IMG/VR virus record: IMGVR_UViG_3300035703_000110
Location: 1 to 57,536 of that record
Origin: a virus
Lineage: Duplodnaviria; Caudoviricetes
Length of the DNA: 57,536 nucleotides
Direction: 5' to 3' (one strand)
Positions within the stretch are counted from its first letter, which is position 1; each line of letters starts with the position of its first letter. The notes below the pieces were generated by a model. That model saw only the letters and a list, made by a program, of their open reading frames with translations, had not been told where the DNA came from and made no database searches. Both the position numbers and the translations under genes were made by a program. Shown piece after piece: positions 27,822 to 37,333 of this stretch.

Positions 27822-28091
27822 TTACAGTGTTTCGCTAGTAGCGGGACCGGCTGTTGCACGAGCAGCGTCACGAGCGGCTTTGGCGGCGGCTTTGACTTCA
27901 GCGGGCGTCTTTTCAACAGATTGCGACTCATCCAAGTCGATGGTAGCCGTGGTGCTCAGGGCATCCGGGGCAACCGCCAAAATGTCATCGATTTCTTGTT
28001 GGGTCAGGTCGTGGGTTTGACCGGGTTGCAGGGTGACACGCTTGCTGTTGCGAACCAATGTCACAGATTTGGTCAGAGTGCGTTTAGGCAT
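27822..28091 (-). CDS. small virion protein downstream of capsid
   Basis: GGAG RBS, 89 aa. Confidence 0.7.
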   Translation of the reverse strand: MPKRTLTKSVTLVRNSKRVTLQPGQTHDLTQQEIDDILAVAPDALSTTATIDLDESQSVEKTPAEVKAAAKAARDAARATAGPATSETL

Positions 28092-28126
28092 TTTAAGAAT
28101 CTCCAGGGTGAAAAAAAATGAGCGGT

Positions 28127-28160
28127 GAAAAAGGGTGCTCAGTTACGAGACACCCTTTTT
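28127..28160. terminator. intrinsic terminator downstream of major capsid gene
   Basis: AAAAAGGGTG...CACCCTTTTT hairpin with T-tracts on both sides. Confidence 0.75.
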
Positions 28161-28177
28161 ATCACAAACCAACTTGA

Positions 28178-29227
28178 TTAGTCAGTAACGACAATCTTGA
28201 AGCTGGCATTTGGGTTCTTGGGAACCATCAGTGGGGAAGACTGAGACATGATGTACTCAACGCTCGGGTCTTCGTTTTCCCACATTTTTGTGAAGACTTC
28301 CAAGGCTTTCAGGCCTGCACGGAAATCCTTGATAGCGCCAAAGCAACGCACACCGGCAACGCTGTCAGGCACGCCGACACAGGTTTTTTGATCCAAGAAG
28401 AATTGCTCATTGCCGGTGCTGTCCACGTACTTGGAAGTGTCAACCCAAGCTTCAATGCGACCTGCGCCGTCCAAGCCTTGAATCACGCCCATGTACTCTT
28501 GACCTTCGTAGCCGTCAGTCATGCGAGTGACGCGAGTTTCCAAGCCGCCATAGTTGACGTTCATCAGCTCTTTCAGGTCAACGCGATCCGCAAAGTGGTC
28601 CCAAGCGGTTTGACCAAAGACGACTTTCTTGATGCGTGCGCCCGAACGGTTGTTGGCGTTCACACGAGCTGCTTTCAAGTCAGCCAATGGGTCAGCGCCG
28701 ACTTGGCTCCAACGAGCTGCACCGGCCAGCACGTAGCTCAGGGACGGGTCACGGCGGAAGTTCACCGTAACGGTGGGGTAGTCTTCACCAGTGATCGTCA
28801 CTTGACCGTCAATCAGCGCACGAGAAGCAAGCCACTCATTGCGGTTGACCAACATGGTGCGCTGTTGCTTCAAGATTTCAGCGATGACCGCCAAGCGGCG
28901 TTGCTCCAAAGACATGGAGCCTGTACCCAAGGCTTCACCGGCACGGCGAGGGATCACCATGTTGGGGTCAACAACGTGCTTGGGTTTGACGTAGGCGGGC
29001 TTGAAGCTCACCGAGTCGTAACCGCTCAGGCTGTGGACGCGACCTTGCACGTTGGGGGCCACGAAAGGTGCCAACTTGCGATAGTCGGTGTTCACGCGGT
29101 CGAACAAAATGTCTTCAGTCTCGAAGTTGATTTGTTCGGGGAACATGGTCAACCAAAAAGGGGTGATTACCTTTTGTTGTCCCATCACACCCAAGAGGGT
29201 GGTTGTGTCATAAATTTGACCGGCCAT
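28178..29227 (-). CDS. major capsid protein (lambda gpE family)
   Basis: LAPFVAPNVQG, FKPAYVKPK, GVRCFGAIKD and QSSPLMVP. Confidence 0.93.
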   Translation of the reverse strand: MAGQIYDTTTLLGVMGQQKVITPFWLTMFPEQINFETEDILFDRVNTDYRKLAPFVAPNVQGRVHSLSGYDSVSFKPAYVKPKHVVDPNMVIPRRAGEALGTGSMSLEQRRLAVIAEILKQQRTMLVNRNEWLASRALIDGQVTITGEDYPTVTVNFRRDPSLSYVLAGAARWSQVGADPLADLKAARVNANNRSGARIKKVVFGQTAWDHFADRVDLKELMNVNYGGLETRVTRMTDGYEGQEYMGVIQGLDGAGRIEAWVDTSKYVDSTGNEQFFLDQKTCVGVPDSVAGVRCFGAIKDFRAGLKALEVFTKMWENEDPSVEYIMSQSSPLMVPKNPNASFKIVVTD

Positions 29228-29264
29228 TTTGATTTACTCCTGAAATGATTGTTGTGAGTGGCGA

Positions 29265-29648
29265 TTAAGCCATAGGCGTGTATTCGCCGCCAAAGGCCAA
29301 GTCGCCAATGGTAATCGGAGTGCCCATGAAAAACAGCTTGCGTTTTGCCAAGGTGTCTTGAGCTGCAGGCCAAGTCAAAGCTTGGTGGTTAAATGCGCCG
29401 CCTGTATAGAACGGGACATTTTGACCGGCTTCAGCGGCTTGTGCAGCAATCACGCACTTGTCACCTGTGGTCACACCTGTGAAATTGGTGCTCAGGCCAG
29501 TTGCAGTCAAGACGCAAACTTGGTACTTGGTAACAGCAACAGTGGCAACAGAGTTACCCGTAGTGATAGGGGCTTCACCCGCAAAAAGCTGTTCGACTTC
29601 TTGGGGGCCGTGGATCACACCGCCAGCGGCGAGGTCAGAAATAGGCAT
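29265..29648 (-). CDS. head decoration protein (gpD-like)
   Basis: QLFAGE and YTGGAFNHQALTWP. It lies between protease and capsid genes. Confidence 0.85.
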   Translation of the reverse strand: MPISDLAAGGVIHGPQEVEQLFAGEAPITTGNSVATVAVTKYQVCVLTATGLSTNFTGVTTGDKCVIAAQAAEAGQNVPFYTGGAFNHQALTWPAAQDTLAKRKLFFMGTPITIGDLAFGGEYTPMA

Positions 29649-29684
29649 TTGGATTCTCCTTGAAAAGTTTTGCTGGATTGCCGA

Positions 29685-30992
29685 TTACTTGCTGCCAACC
29701 TTCACGCCGGTAGCTTGCGCTTGGGCACTCAGGATTTTTGCAACCATGTCACCGCCCGCTTGTTCGCCGCCGCCTTGTTCGGTTTCAGCGCCGACTTGCG
29801 GGTGCTGAGAAGCGTCCATGACTGCTTTGAAAGCGTTGGGTGCTGCGGATGCGCTTTGTGCGGTTTCTGCAGCGGCTGCAGCCAACACGCCCTTGGCTTG
29901 ATCGACGGTCATATCCGTGTTCATTGCCAAGTGATTTGCCAAGGCTGTACGGCCTTTGGCTTCCTCACAAGAGGTGATGCCCGACACGCGGGCACGTTCG
30001 GCCACGCGGGCATCGTTTGCCGCTTGTTGAACGGCGTTTTGCTGGTCGGCTGCTTGTTGGTCAGCTCCCGGCTCTTTAGTTGCGGTAGTCATGTGGACCC
30101 CTTCAGTGCGCAGTTGAAAAGTCGAGCCGGATAGCTCGTCGAAAAATGCCTGCACCGCCTGGTTAGGCGTTGCAATGGCATGGATAAGGCCGAGGGATAA
30201 GGCTTCCTCGGCCCGGTAGATACGTGACTTTGTATCACGCACTCGCTGTTCATCAATTCCAAGGTTTTCAGCAACCAAGGAAGTAAACATGCCATATGCA
30301 GTGCTAATACTTGCCTGCATGTTGGCTTTGACCGGCTCAGGTAACGGACCATACGGGTTACCGTCAGCCTTGTGCTCGGACTCATAAATCAGAGTTACTT
30401 TGTACCCGGCTTCATTGAGCATTTGGCTCATGTCAACGTGCATTGCAATCACGCCGATAGAGCCCACGCCGCCGCTTGGGGTCAAGGCAATCTTAGAGCA
30501 CGCGGACGCGATGGCATAACCTGCGCTGTAAGCGTTCGAGTCGATTGATCCCAAAATTGGTTTGATGGCACGAGCTGCCCGGATGTCGGCTGCGAGTTCA
30601 AACACGCCCGCCGCTTCACCACCGTAGCTGTTGATGTCCAGGACAATACCTTTTACGTCTTCATCAGCCAACGCGGCACTGAGCTGCGCCCGGATGAAGT
30701 TGTAACCGGTGACTGAGCTGTACGCCCAATTGAAACGGTTTACCAAAGTACCGCTGACGGGGATGATTGCCATGCCGTTTGCAAAAGCGAAGGGCTTGCG
30801 TTGCTCAGGTGCGTTGAAACCAAAAGCCGAGCACATTTCAGCACGGCGGTTCATGAAAGCCGCAACGGCTTCTTCAGGTTTAGTCTGAGCCATGTGCTGA
30901 ATGTCCGCACCAATCGCAGCGTAATGCGGGGCAACGGCCACCTCTCGCAAGTTCATGCGGGTTAAGGCTGCGCGGGCTGCAAAGTCACTCAT
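29685..30992 (-). CDS. S49 prohead protease with C-terminal scaffold (gpC/Nu3-like)
   Basis: LDINSYGGE, AYSAGYAIAS, VGSIGV and HKADGNPY. An internal ATG at 30092 is preceded by AAGGGG. Confidence 0.92.
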   Translation of the reverse strand: MSDFAARAALTRMNLREVAVAPHYAAIGADIQHMAQTKPEEAVAAFMNRRAEMCSAFGFNAPEQRKPFAFANGMAIIPVSGTLVNRFNWAYSSVTGYNFIRAQLSAALADEDVKGIVLDINSYGGEAAGVFELAADIRAARAIKPILGSIDSNAYSAGYAIASACSKIALTPSGGVGSIGVIAMHVDMSQMLNEAGYKVTLIYESEHKADGNPYGPLPEPVKANMQASISTAYGMFTSLVAENLGIDEQRVRDTKSRIYRAEEALSLGLIHAIATPNQAVQAFFDELSGSTFQLRTEGVHMTTATKEPGADQQAADQQNAVQQAANDARVAERARVSGITSCEEAKGRTALANHLAMNTDMTVDQAKGVLAAAAAETAQSASAAPNAFKAVMDASQHPQVGAETEQGGGEQAGGDMVAKILSAQAQATGVKVGSK

Positions 30993-31065
30993 GGTAGGTA
31001 TCCTTCATTCTTGGCATTGTATGCGCGGTTATTGTATCTACTTTCTATCGATAGCCGAAAGAAGC

Positions 31066-31100
31066 AAAAAAGACAAAAGAAAACCCGCCGAAGCGGGTTT
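31066..31100 (-). terminator. intrinsic terminator after the recombinase gene
   Basis: AAACCCGC-TTCG-GCGGGTTT followed by a T-rich run on the minus strand. Confidence 0.8.
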
Positions 31101-31101
31101 G

Positions 31102-32025
31102 TCAAGGGTTGGCTTTTTCTTTAGTCGGGGTTAAAACATTCCAAGTACCTTTACTTAAACCTCGATCATCATTGTAAATATCGGTCATAGCTTGGTGTTT
31201 ATGGCCCAATAAAACACGCGTGTCCACGCCTTGTGCTCGATAAAGCCGTTCCGATAGAGAACGACACTCATGCAGGGATGCCGGGATGCCGTCTGCGCAC
31301 GGGATCACTACTTTTCGGCATTCTTCAAACCTTGCTGAAAGTGACGCATCCGCAAGTCGTTGACCGGTGCTCTTGTGAAGCAAATACGCACTAGCGATGC
31401 CGGATGATTTACAGCGCTTAATTACTTGCTCAAGCGTGCAATCAAGCACCTCTAACTTTAAGCTCAGGGGTAACGCCACGCGTGTGCCGGTTTTAGCTTG
31501 TTCGATGTGTAGGTGACCGTCCCAAACGTCAGCAAATTTCATTTTGACTAAATCGGATCGGCGTTGTGCAGTGACAAGTGCCAAAACGATCATGTTTGAA
31601 ACCCATGGCGGCATTTGCGCATCCGCGTGGTTTTTAATTTTTAGCCATTGCTCTAAAGTTAACCTCTTGCGTTGAACACGCACGAGTGGAGCTTTTACGC
31701 TGATTGCGGGGTTCCTGTCAATCCAACCGTAGTTCATGCACTCGTTGAACAGGTCTGCAACCTCGTGCAGCACTCGCTTGGCCGTTTGCGGGTGAGTTTT
31801 TGAAATGTCCAGGATCATTGCGGACACTTCATGCGGCCTAACCGACCCAACAGTACGCTCGGCCAAATAGCTTAAAACATGATTCAAAGCGCCGTGACGA
31901 TTTGCTTTTGTTTTTTGACTAATTGGCCGAGCGTCAATCAGCTTACGGTAGACGACTGCCCACTCTCCTACGGTTCGGAACTTTGGAGTAAACCGACCCA
32001 AAACGTAGGAAAAAATTGACATCAT
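31102..32025 (-). CDS. lambda-Int-type tyrosine recombinase lacking the N-terminal arm-binding domain
   Basis: TAQRRSD (R), QAKTG (K), HECRSLSERLY (HxxR), LLGH and IYNDDRG (Y). About 307 aa from ATG 32025/32022. Confidence 0.9.
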   Translation of the reverse strand: MMSIFSYVLGRFTPKFRTVGEWAVVYRKLIDARPISQKTKANRHGALNHVLSYLAERTVGSVRPHEVSAMILDISKTHPQTAKRVLHEVADLFNECMNYGWIDRNPAISVKAPLVRVQRKRLTLEQWLKIKNHADAQMPPWVSNMIVLALVTAQRRSDLVKMKFADVWDGHLHIEQAKTGTRVALPLSLKLEVLDCTLEQVIKRCKSSGIASAYLLHKSTGQRLADASLSARFEECRKVVIPCADGIPASLHECRSLSERLYRAQGVDTRVLLGHKHQAMTDIYNDDRGLSKGTWNVLTPTKEKANP

Positions 32026-32044
32026 CACCACCGTGCTGAGGGGA

Positions 32045-34003
32045 TTAGAAGTTGTTAGCCGTGTTGCTGATCTGCTTCCAGCTTCCGGCCGCGCCAGTTG
32101 CATCGCAAACCACGGCGTTGAAGTCCGCAATGGTGCCCCGCGTAGTGGCCGACTTCTGAACCGTCATCGCGCCAGGCGTGCGAGCAATGCCGGTACCGCC
32201 AATGTCAATGCCGATGCCCATGCAGTTGCGGATTGTTTTCGACGTTGCCGCACCGCCAAACGCATCATTTGCATACAGACCCTTGCCCGATGGAATGGTC
32301 AACTCGAAGCCGCCAGTCGTGGCCTCGATGTGATTGCCGACTTGATACCCGTTGCGCTCCGCATAACCAATGTAGAGGGCGTGCGAGTTAGAAGCCGACT
32401 TGTAGCCCTGTCCGCAGTTGATAGAGATATAACTATCAATGGAGGTCGAGCAAGGTGAGCTGCTGGCCGTGTGGTTGACGCCATAGCGCACGTTCTTAGT
32501 CATCAGCTTGCCGATTTGCAGTGTGTCGATGCGGCCGGCGTTGTTGATGCAGATGGACACGTTTTGGTAAGCAGGTGCGGAATAGCTAATGCTTTCAATT
32601 TGCACGTTGTTGACCGCTGCGCCACTTGTGACCAACAGCACGTTTGCCGTTGCCGTGTTGGCAGGCGTCATAGCCAGTTTGCCAGTTTGTAAAGAGTCCA
32701 CTGTCATACCGCTGGTGACGTTAATCATGGGCTTCGCTGACACTTGGCTCCAAGAAATATCACCGATAACGACTTTGCCAGCGGTGGAGGCCGTAGCGCT
32801 CACGCAGCCGGGGTCGTTAATCAGGTTAATCAGACCTTGACCGCCAGAAATGCGGCCACCCACTTTGCCAACAAACAAATCACGAATGGTGCCCAGCGCA
32901 GAGCCAAAGTATTTGAACGCAGTGAGCGAGCCGGATGGGTACAAGCCATCTGCTACCACTACGCCATAGTCACCTTGCTTGTAATTGGTGGGCAAATATT
33001 GGGGATAGTCGCTGTTACCCACCGCCACCATGTCATCACCGGTGTATCCGCGCACGTTGCGCACTGAAATATCGTCTCCGTGGCCTTGGAAGTGGACGCC
33101 ATCAGAATCGGTTTCAAAGTCAAGATTGGCAATATCTGCGTCATAAGCACCATACAGCGCATAGACGTACTTCTGGGTATTCACCCCCGCCTGCTCTTGA
33201 ATCTTGAGGCCCTTGACGTTCCAGAGAAAAACGGCGTGGCAGTTGAAGTTATCGGAGCCGGTCAGCGCGGTGCGGTTGTAGTCAAACGCTCCGCCCCTGA
33301 GCGAAATGTTTTTGTTTGCAAGGGCAAAGGTGATCGTGCCGGTTGCGGGACTTGTCAGGCCTTCGGCTGGTGCATCGTCCGCAGTCAGCTTGTACTTGAA
33401 TGTGAGGCCGCTTACCTCGGTCACGATGTGAGCGCCGTTATAGGCGTAAGGCGTAGCACCCAACACCACGACAGCTTTGCCAACTTGAGGCAGGTTTACA
33501 GCGTCGGCAAGAGTCGCCACAACAGTAATGCCGTCAGCACTGGTAAGGCTGGAAATTGCCTTGTTTTCGGCGTTCCACTCGCTGTTGCGCAGGATATTGC
33601 GCCGTGCGCCCGCTGCGTTTTTAATCGCAGTGCGAGGGCCGAGAACCAGCGATGTGTCGTCATAAATCGTTAGCGGAGCATCCACATACACATCACCCGC
33701 CACATCAGCCAGCACTTCGCCTTGACCATCGAGCCACGCCTGAATCAATGCCCTGTTTACGCTTGCCAGCGCGGGAACGTTTGGAGTCAGGCCAAGGACT
33801 GGAAGCCGCACAACGCCATCACCCACACCCAATGCTCTCTCTCCGGTGAGCTGATTGGTTTTTACCGCAGCGTAATGTGTCTCTTTGCGGTCTTGATCGG
33901 CAACAACCAAACCACCGTCCAAGCCAACCATGACACGGGAATATCCCTCGGGTGCATCTGGCAACTTGTCTGGATTGACGTGTTTCAAGAGTAAGTCTTG
34001 CAT
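32045..34003 (-). CDS. right-handed beta-helix (pectin-lyase-fold) depolymerase/spike protein
   Basis: NRALIQAWLD..G.V...G.VYV..PL.I beta-helix cap, GH28-like DSDGVHF and TGDDMVAV motifs, and an AGGAG RBS. Confidence 0.75.
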   Translation of the reverse strand: MQDLLLKHVNPDKLPDAPEGYSRVMVGLDGGLVVADQDRKETHYAAVKTNQLTGERALGVGDGVVRLPVLGLTPNVPALASVNRALIQAWLDGQGEVLADVAGDVYVDAPLTIYDDTSLVLGPRTAIKNAAGARRNILRNSEWNAENKAISSLTSADGITVVATLADAVNLPQVGKAVVVLGATPYAYNGAHIVTEVSGLTFKYKLTADDAPAEGLTSPATGTITFALANKNISLRGGAFDYNRTALTGSDNFNCHAVFLWNVKGLKIQEQAGVNTQKYVYALYGAYDADIANLDFETDSDGVHFQGHGDDISVRNVRGYTGDDMVAVGNSDYPQYLPTNYKQGDYGVVVADGLYPSGSLTAFKYFGSALGTIRDLFVGKVGGRISGGQGLINLINDPGCVSATASTAGKVVIGDISWSQVSAKPMINVTSGMTVDSLQTGKLAMTPANTATANVLLVTSGAAVNNVQIESISYSAPAYQNVSICINNAGRIDTLQIGKLMTKNVRYGVNHTASSSPCSTSIDSYISINCGQGYKSASNSHALYIGYAERNGYQVGNHIEATTGGFELTIPSGKGLYANDAFGGAATSKTIRNCMGIGIDIGGTGIARTPGAMTVQKSATTRGTIADFNAVVCDATGAAGSWKQISNTANNF

Positions 34004-34052
34004 TTGAGTAGCTCCTTTAAAAGACTTGATTATGCCTAGACTCAGCTTGAAG

Positions 34053-35873
34053 TTACAACCAATCTACGCCATCCCAACGCTTCAGTGACGCATTTACCCA
34101 ATCCAGACCATCCCAACGCTTGAGCGAGGCGTCTACCCAACCACCGGCTGTATAGACTTTCACGTAAAACGCGGGGTCGGTCAGACTAACTCCAATGAGT
34201 GCAGCGGTGTCCGAGTCGGGGGATTCACTAACAACGAGTAGACCTTGCGCAAAGGCTTCCCCTGTGGCCGTCATTGTGTCAAAAAGCTCTACCTCGGCAC
34301 ACGACACAGCGCCAACCGCGTAGACCTTACCTGTGGCTGTAGCGCTATCCGAACCTACTTCGACCGCAGCAAACATGCCGAGGATCAAAGCTTGCCCGGT
34401 CATCACCACACTGTCAGCGCCACTTTCTACAGCACTCAGGAAACCCGTGCGAGGATCACTTGTGGTTGCGCCGGTTCCTGCAAAGGTATCAACGCCTGTC
34501 TCAGTGGCAGCGATTGCACCTTGGACCCGGACAGCACCTGCGCCCGTGAGCGTGTCTGCCCCGGCTTCAGTGGCGATCAGTGATCCCTGAGTGCGGACAG
34601 TGCCCGAGGCTGTGATTGTGTCAGCGCCTAGCTCGGCAACCGACATTACGCCTTGGACCCGGCTGACCCCTAAGCCTGCAAACGTGTCACTACCGCTTTC
34701 GGCAACAGTGGTTGCACCTTGGACCCGAGCAACGCCAGTAGCGGTCACCGTGTCAGCGCCTGTCTCAGTGACAAGCAGTGAACCGGTACGCGTATTTTCT
34801 ACAGCTTGACCCGAGCCCCCGAAAGTGTCCGTGCCTGTTTCAGCAACAGACAGAGCGCCTCGGGCAAGGGTAGAGCCTGTGCCGGTGAGCGTGTCCGCGC
34901 CTGCCTCGGCAACGGTCAACGAGCCCTGTGTAAAGGTGAGGCCCGCACCCGTGAATACGTCACTGCCTGTCTCGGCTGCAAGCAAGGAGCCCTGCACACG
35001 GATCACGCCTGTGCCGGTGAGCGTGTCAGCGCCTGTCTCGGCAACGGTCACCGAGCCCTGCACACGGCTTGCACCAGTGGCTGTGAAGCTGTCAGCTCCG
35101 ACTTCAGTGGCAGTCAGTGCGCCCTGGACAAAAGCAAGGCCGGTAGAGGTGAGCGTGTCAGCGCCTGTCTCGCCAACGGTCAACGAGCCCTGTGCCAACA
35201 TGCCACCCGCAGCGGTCAACGTGTCAGCCCCAGCTTCAGTGGTGGTCAGCGTGCCTCGGGCAAGGGTAGCGCCTGTACTGGTGAGCGTGTCGCTACCTGC
35301 CTCGGCAATGGTGATTGCACCTTGGACCCGAGCTGTGCCCGAGGCTGTGATTGTGTCAGCGCCCACCTCGGCAACCGACATTGCGCCTTGGACCCGTACA
35401 GAGCCCGAGGCTACCGCGCTATCCGTACCTGTTTCAACAACGGAAAACGAGCCTTGCGCCAATGTACCACCGGCAGCGGTGAGCGTGTCAACGCCTGTTT
35501 CAGTGGCGCTCAGTGACCCGGTACGCGTGACAGCGGCTACCGTGCCCGAGGATGCAAAGGTATCGCTACCTGCCTCGGCAACGGTCAACGAGCCTTGGGA
35601 AAGGGTATCGCCTGTACTGGTGAGCGTGTCGCTGCCTGTCTCGGCAACGGTAAGTGACCCGGTAACAGAGGCAGCGGCTACAGTGCCCGAGGCTGCAAAT
35701 GTGTCAACCCCGGCTTCAGTGGCGGTCAGATTGCCGGTAACCCCGGTTTGTGCAGCCGAGGCTTCCCAAAACTCTTGAGCTATTAAGTGGGAGTTGGTGT
35801 ACGCGTTGCGCTTGACTAGATCACTTCCCTTCAAGCGGCCTACGTTGCCACGCCGGAAAATGCTAGTCGGCAT
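34053..35873 (-). CDS. Gly/Thr/Ala-rich protein with ~23 tandem ~22-aa repeats (putative fibre)
   Basis: Repeat QGsLtVaE.GaDTltatG. The C-terminus carries a duplicated ASLKRWDG.DW. Confidence 0.8.
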   Translation of the reverse strand: MPTSIFRRGNVGRLKGSDLVKRNAYTNSHLIAQEFWEASAAQTGVTGNLTATEAGVDTFAASGTVAAASVTGSLTVAETGSDTLTSTGDTLSQGSLTVAEAGSDTFASSGTVAAVTRTGSLSATETGVDTLTAAGGTLAQGSFSVVETGTDSAVASGSVRVQGAMSVAEVGADTITASGTARVQGAITIAEAGSDTLTSTGATLARGTLTTTEAGADTLTAAGGMLAQGSLTVGETGADTLTSTGLAFVQGALTATEVGADSFTATGASRVQGSVTVAETGADTLTGTGVIRVQGSLLAAETGSDVFTGAGLTFTQGSLTVAEAGADTLTGTGSTLARGALSVAETGTDTFGGSGQAVENTRTGSLLVTETGADTVTATGVARVQGATTVAESGSDTFAGLGVSRVQGVMSVAELGADTITASGTVRTQGSLIATEAGADTLTGAGAVRVQGAIAATETGVDTFAGTGATTSDPRTGFLSAVESGADSVVMTGQALILGMFAAVEVGSDSATATGKVYAVGAVSCAEVELFDTMTATGEAFAQGLLVVSESPDSDTAALIGVSLTDPAFYVKVYTAGGWVDASLKRWDGLDWVNASLKRWDGVDWL

Positions 35874-35876
35874 GGG

Positions 35877-36671
35877 TTAGCCCGCTACGATAGTCAGGTC
35901 AAGCTCGGGGATACCCGTGTTGGTACTGTCCGGTGCAACAACAATCCGCAAAGCCGAGTTTTGAAAAATCTCAGGCAATTCTGTTTTCAGAAAATCGTGA
36001 GTGTCGCCGTCATTGTTGATGCGGACCCGACCGGACCACAAACGGCGCATGACCAAAATGTTGAACGTGCCCGCTGTGGCAACGGAGCCCGCCACACCCG
36101 TGACACCCCGCAAACCGCGATCACCTGAAGCCAAGGGCACTTGCATCATGCGTCCGACTGTGCCCGCTGTACCCAAAGAAACGCCACCTGTAGAGCGCCC
36201 GGTAACACCGGCTTCATTGGTGTAGGTCACGCTAAACGATTGGACGCCTGTGCCCGAGGTGACTTGCTCATACCACAGCTCAAGGCCGGTGAAGTCCGTA
36301 CCACCTAAGACGCGTGAAGCGTATGACGTAGGCGTTTGCCCGGTGACAGCCGCGTTGAACGCATACGCGCCACCTTTCCACAGGATGTCAAACAGGTGAA
36401 TGCGACAAGCCAAAGAACTACCAAACGCAACCCGACTGAGATAGCCCTTGAGCCCGCCAAAACTAGCCAACGTAGGGTAACCCACGTCACCCGCAACAGG
36501 CACAACGCCGGTCGTGGTGCTAGTTCCCGCCAGTACACCCGCCCCCGGACTACCCGCCTGAGCAAACGGCGAAAATGGTGTGGCCGCAATCGCAGACATA
36601 CCCGCCGTTTTAATCATATAGATATTCTGCGAGGGTGCAGCTAGCAATCCGTCAAGGGTTGTGATAGGCAT
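35877..36671 (-). CDS. putative structural protein
   Basis: 264-aa Gly/Thr-rich beta-type ORF, tightly coupled to its neighbours. Confidence 0.7.
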   Translation of the reverse strand: MPITTLDGLLAAPSQNIYMIKTAGMSAIAATPFSPFAQAGSPGAGVLAGTSTTTGVVPVAGDVGYPTLASFGGLKGYLSRVAFGSSLACRIHLFDILWKGGAYAFNAAVTGQTPTSYASRVLGGTDFTGLELWYEQVTSGTGVQSFSVTYTNEAGVTGRSTGGVSLGTAGTVGRMMQVPLASGDRGLRGVTGVAGSVATAGTFNILVMRRLWSGRVRINNDGDTHDFLKTELPEIFQNSALRIVVAPDSTNTGIPELDLTIVAG

Positions 36672-36674
36672 AGC

Positions 36675-37058
36675 TTATGCGTGCGTAATAACAGCGCTGT
36701 TGATGGTAACAGCTTGGTTCACGGCCAAGTTGTTGTTGTCCAAAATCAAATCAGTGCCGCTTGTGCCCACGGTCAGGCCCGTGATGACATCCACGTCAGC
36801 ACTGGTGGTCAGAGTTGCTTTGGTAGCAACGCCCGCAGCGGTTGCCGTCGAATTCAAAATACCTGCAGTTCCGCCGTTGGCATCCGAAAAAGTCAAGACG
36901 CCAGCGCCACCCACTGTACCTGCCGGGTTGGCAAGAGTAAACGTCGCCAACAACGCGTCAGCCGCAGTGAACAACTTGAGCTTGCCCGCTGTACCGAGTG
37001 CAGTGACAACCGCGTTCATACGGGCTACTTTGGTAGCGTTGGGGTAAATGACGGCCAT
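36675..37058 (-). CDS. putative structural protein
   Basis: 127 aa with an AGAGG RBS and TVGTSGTDL.LDN....V.I.S..ITH. Confidence 0.75.
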   Translation of the reverse strand: MAVIYPNATKVARMNAVVTALGTAGKLKLFTAADALLATFTLANPAGTVGGAGVLTFSDANGGTAGILNSTATAAGVATKATLTTSADVDVITGLTVGTSGTDLILDNNNLAVNQAVTINSAVITHA

Positions 37059-37114
37059 GGTGATTTCCTCTTACGGGTGGACAAGTTAATGGTGCGGATT
37101 ATAAGCACAGCCCA

Positions 37115-37333
37115 CTACGGCGGAAGCTGCAACCACAAATCATTGATAGCCGGGTTGCTTGGTGCAGTGGCCGACACGGTAAGCGCCGAGCCCCCTGCAG
37201 GCGGGCCAGGTGGTCCCGCTGGACCCTGTTGAACCTCGATGATGGTTGCTGTGAGTTCCTGAGCAACTTCCGTCAAAGTCACTTCAAAGTGATCGACGGT
37301 TTCAACTAGCTCGACGGCGATGACTTCAGACAC
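37115..37333 (-). CDS. small collagen-like (GPxGPP) protein
   Basis: QGPAGPPGP and VSATAPSNPAINDLW. Confidence 0.7.
   Translation of the reverse strand: MSEVIAVELVETVDHFEVTLTEVAQELTATIIEVQQGPAGPPGPPAGGSALTVSATAPSNPAINDLWLQLPP

Noticed and set aside
31102-32130. Canonical lysogeny module or shufflon
   Set aside because: I found no repressor, Xis or attP, and no inverted alternative fibre C-termini or repeated crossover sites by eye. The track's 32130 start overlaps the upstream gene and is unlikely.
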